Shown here piece by piece: positions 61,508 to 64,000 of a DNA stretch of 64,000 bases (its first letter is position 1; every line of letters starts with the position of its first letter). The translations under genes were made by a program, and so were the position numbers. This DNA comes from an uncultured Verrucomicrobiae bacterium. GTDB lineage: Bacteria > Verrucomicrobiota > Verrucomicrobiia > Chthoniobacterales > JAFAMB01. The notes beneath the pieces are model-generated. The model was not told the origin of the DNA. It saw only the letters and a program-made list of their open reading frames with translations, and did no database searches. The stretch spans positions 1,152,001-1,216,000 of the forward strand of contig CAVXLD010000001.1 in the NCBI GenBank assembly GCA_963762565.1, given 5' to 3'.

Positions 61508-64000
61508 TCATGGTTTAAATCGACTTGGCCGGGCTTTAACTTTCCGCCTTGTAACTAACTTTTCAATCAGGCAGAAGCTGGCCGGGATCAGGAAAATCGC
61601 GATGGCACATGCCGCGAACATTCCGCCGATCACGGTCGTGCCCATTACTTGCCGGGCAACCGCACCGGAGCCGGAGGCCATCCAAAGGGGTACGCATCCG
61701 AGGATGAAGGCGAAAGAGGTCATCAAAATTGGCCGGAGCCGCAAGCGGGCAGCGGCCAGGGCTGCGTCTACTAACGGAGTGCCCCGTTCATACTCAACCT
61801 TGGCAAACTCAACTATCAAAATGGCGTTCTTAGCAACCAGTCCAATGATCATAACCAGCCCAATTTGGGCAAAGACGTTATTTTCGATTTGGACGAGATA
61901 GGAAGGCAGAAACAGCCCGTTGATTAACCGCCGCAAATAGAGCATCCCAAATGCCCCGAAAACAGCGATCGGTGTGCTTAATAGCACGCTGAATGGAAGC
62001 GACCAACTTTCGTACAACGCGGCTAAGATCAAAAACACAAATAAAAGCGAAAACCCAAAGATGGCCGCCGCCGGCACACCTTGTTGGGTTTGTTTCTCCT
62101 GGAACGACATGCCCAGATAGTCATATCCCATCTCAGGGGGCATTGTTTGGGCAAAGACCTCTTCCAGCGCCTTCATCGCCTGATCGGAGGTGTACCCAGG
62201 AGCGATCGCGGCATTGATTTGGGCGGAGCCATATAGATTGTAGCGCATGGTAAACTCCGGCCCAGAGCGTCTCTCGATTCGGGTGACGGTACTTAACGGA
62301 ACCATCTTGTTCTGGCTATTACGGACATAAAACTCTCCCAGGTTCTGCGCGTCTGTCCGATACTTGCCTTCCGCTTGGACGTAAACCTGCCACTGACGTC
62401 CAAACCGGTTGAAATAGTTAATAAATGTTCCTCCCATTAAGGCCTGGACCGCCTGATAGACGTCGCTAATCGCAATCCCTTGGTTCAGGGTTTTGTCTAG
62501 ATCCACGTCGACATAGGTCTGCGGGACGTTAGGCTGGAAAGTTGTGCTGATCTGGGCTAGCTCGGGTCGTTTCCGAGCCGCGCAAAGGAAGGTGTCAACG
62601 TTCCTTGAGAGAAGCCCGGCATCTCCGCCTGACCGGTCTTCAAGCACGAAGCTAATATCACCAGACGCACCGGCACCCGGAATTGCCGGAGGAGAAAAAG
62701 CGAAGGCGATCGCCTCCGGCAGCTGAGACAGTTCCCGGTTAACTTGAGCTTTGATCCCTTGATAGGTTTCGTGACGTTGTTCGCGCTCTTTCCATGGGGT
62801 CAACGACACGAACAAAAACGCGCTATAGGTACTTTGGACGCCGCTCAGTAAGCTCGAGCCGATGGTAGTGGTGACGTAACCAACTCCGGGCGTCCGCGAC
62901 ACTAAGTTTTCGATCTTGCGGCAAACCTCGTCCGTGCGCTGCAACGATGCCGCATTCGGAAGTTGCAAATTGATGTAGAAATATCCCTGATCTTCGTCCG
63001 GCAGGAAACTTGTTGGGATTTTCCTGCCAAACAGGAAAGCTGCGCCTCCAAAAACCACGATCAAGGCGATGGCTAACCCAGTCCGCCGGATGAAGAGAGC
63101 CGAAATCCGGACATATCCTTCGGTGGCGCGTCCAAATATCTGATTGAACCAGCGAAAGAAAGCTCCCAGGGGTCCGGTACCTTTCCGCCGCGGCCGGAGC
63201 AAGAGCGCACATAACGCCGGACTAAGGGTCAGGGCGTTAAAGGCTGAGATTAAGACTGAGATAGCGATGGTGACGGCAAACTGCTGGTAGAGTCTCCCGG
63301 TGATCCCCGGAATAAAAGCGGTGGGCACAAAGACCGATGCTAAGACCAGAGCGACACCGATGACCGGACCGGTAATCTCTTTCATGGCCTTGAGCGTAGC
63401 TTCCCTGGCCGAGAGTCCAGCCTCGATGTGGTGTTCCACCGCTTCGACTACCACAATGGCGTCGTCAACTACCAGGCCGATTGCCAAGACCAGGCCAAAT
63501 AGCGAAAGTGTGTTGATCGAAAAACCTAGCAGCGGAAAAAATATAAAAGTGCCGATCAAAGAAACCGGCACGGCTAACAGCGGAATGAGGGTTGCTCGCC
63601 AGCTCTGCAGAAAGAGGTAGACGACCAGGATCACTAGAACGAGCGCCTCGACTAACGTCTTGATCATTTCCTCGATGCCGGCTGTAACGGGCTTGGTTGT
63701 GTCCAACGAGACCACATAGTCCACGCCTTGAGGAAATCGTTCCTTGAGCTGGGTCATTAGTGTCTTGACGCCATTCGCCGAAGCCAACGCATTGGTACCA
63801 GGAAGTTGATAGACAGAGACCACCGCGGCGGGTTTACCATTAAATCGACCTCTGGTGTTGTACGCTTGCGCGCCAAATTCCACCCGTCCGACATCTTTAA
63901 GTCGCACGGAGCCACCGCCCGTCTCCTGTCGCAGCAGGATATTGCCGAATTCTTCGGGGCTCATTAGGCGTCCTTGGGCTCGGGCCGTGTAGGTAAATTC
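61508..64000 (-). CDS. RND efflux transporter (AcrB/HAE1), 5' part outside the window
   Basis: LAIGLVVDDAIVVVE, NALTLSPALCA, GLVAKNAILIVEFA, RLRPILMTS. Confidence 0.95.
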   Translation of the reverse strand, partial: EFTYTARAQGRLMSPEEFGNILLRQETGGGSVRLKDVGRVEFGAQAYNTRGRFNGKPAAVVSVYQLPGTNALASANGVKTLMTQLKERFPQGVDYVVSLDTTKPVTAGIEEMIKTLVEALVLVILVVYLFLQSWRATLIPLLAVPVSLIGTFIFFPLLGFSINTLSLFGLVLAIGLVVDDAIVVVEAVEHHIEAGLSAREATLKAMKEITGPVIGVALVLASVFVPTAFIPGITGRLYQQFAVTIAISVLISAFNALTLSPALCALLLRPRRKGTGPLGAFFRWFNQIFGRATEGYVRISALFIRRTGLAIALIVVFGGAAFLFGRKIPTSFLPDEDQGYFYINLQLPNAASLQRTDEVCRKIENLVSRTPGVGYVTTTIGSSLLSGVQSTYSAFLFVSLTPWKEREQRHETYQGIKAQVNRELSQLPEAIAFAFSPPAIPGAGASGDISFVLEDRSGGDAGLLSRNVDTFLCAARKRPELAQISTTFQPNVPQTYVDVDLDKTLNQGIAISDVYQAVQALMGGTFINYFNRFGRQWQVYVQAEGKYRTDAQNLGEFYVRNSQNKMVPLSTVTRIERRSGPEFTMRYNLYGSAQINAAIAPGYTSDQAMKALEEVFAQTMPPEMGYDYLGMSFQEKQTQQGVPAAAIFGFSLLFVFLILAALYESWSLPFSVLLSTPIAVFGAFGMLYLRRLINGLFLPSYLVQIENNVFAQIGLVMIIGLVAKNAILIVEFAKVEYERGTPLVDAALAAARLRLRPILMTSFAFILGCVPLWMASGSGAVARQVMGTTVIGGMFAACAIAIFLIPASFCLIEKLVTRRKVKARPSRFKP

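Overview
Moderately GC-rich bacterial chromosomal window. Gene content, RAYT type and intergenic repeat style suggest a soil PVC-group organism, probably Verrucomicrobiota (inference only). It is an accessory patchwork of about 55 mostly unlinked genes: transporters (SSS, ribose-type ABC with LacI regulator, DMT, two RND), GNATs, oxidoreductases, GH2, SurE, Fpg/Nei, an Xre-RES toxin-antitoxin pair, a SLOG-SLATT effector and a SABATH-type methyltransferase. It also holds many truncated, internally deleted or frameshifted genes and a ~3.27 kb tandem duplication (46.3-52.8 kb). Several families of paired or nested palindromic and 7-9 nt periodic repeats fill many intergenic gaps. The most striking structure is at 5.9-14.5 kb, where a REP-associated HUH tyrosine transposase (RAYT) is surrounded by 16 copies of GGGACAGGTCAA. 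These motifs bracket the RAYT, form inverted pairs with unrelated spacers, sit at the 3' ends of neighbouring genes, and coincide with gene truncation points and local tandem micro-duplications. This suggests a RAYT-driven gene capture or shuffling platform. No rRNA, tRNA or CRISPR array was seen. Many single-base indels may be long-read sequencing errors.
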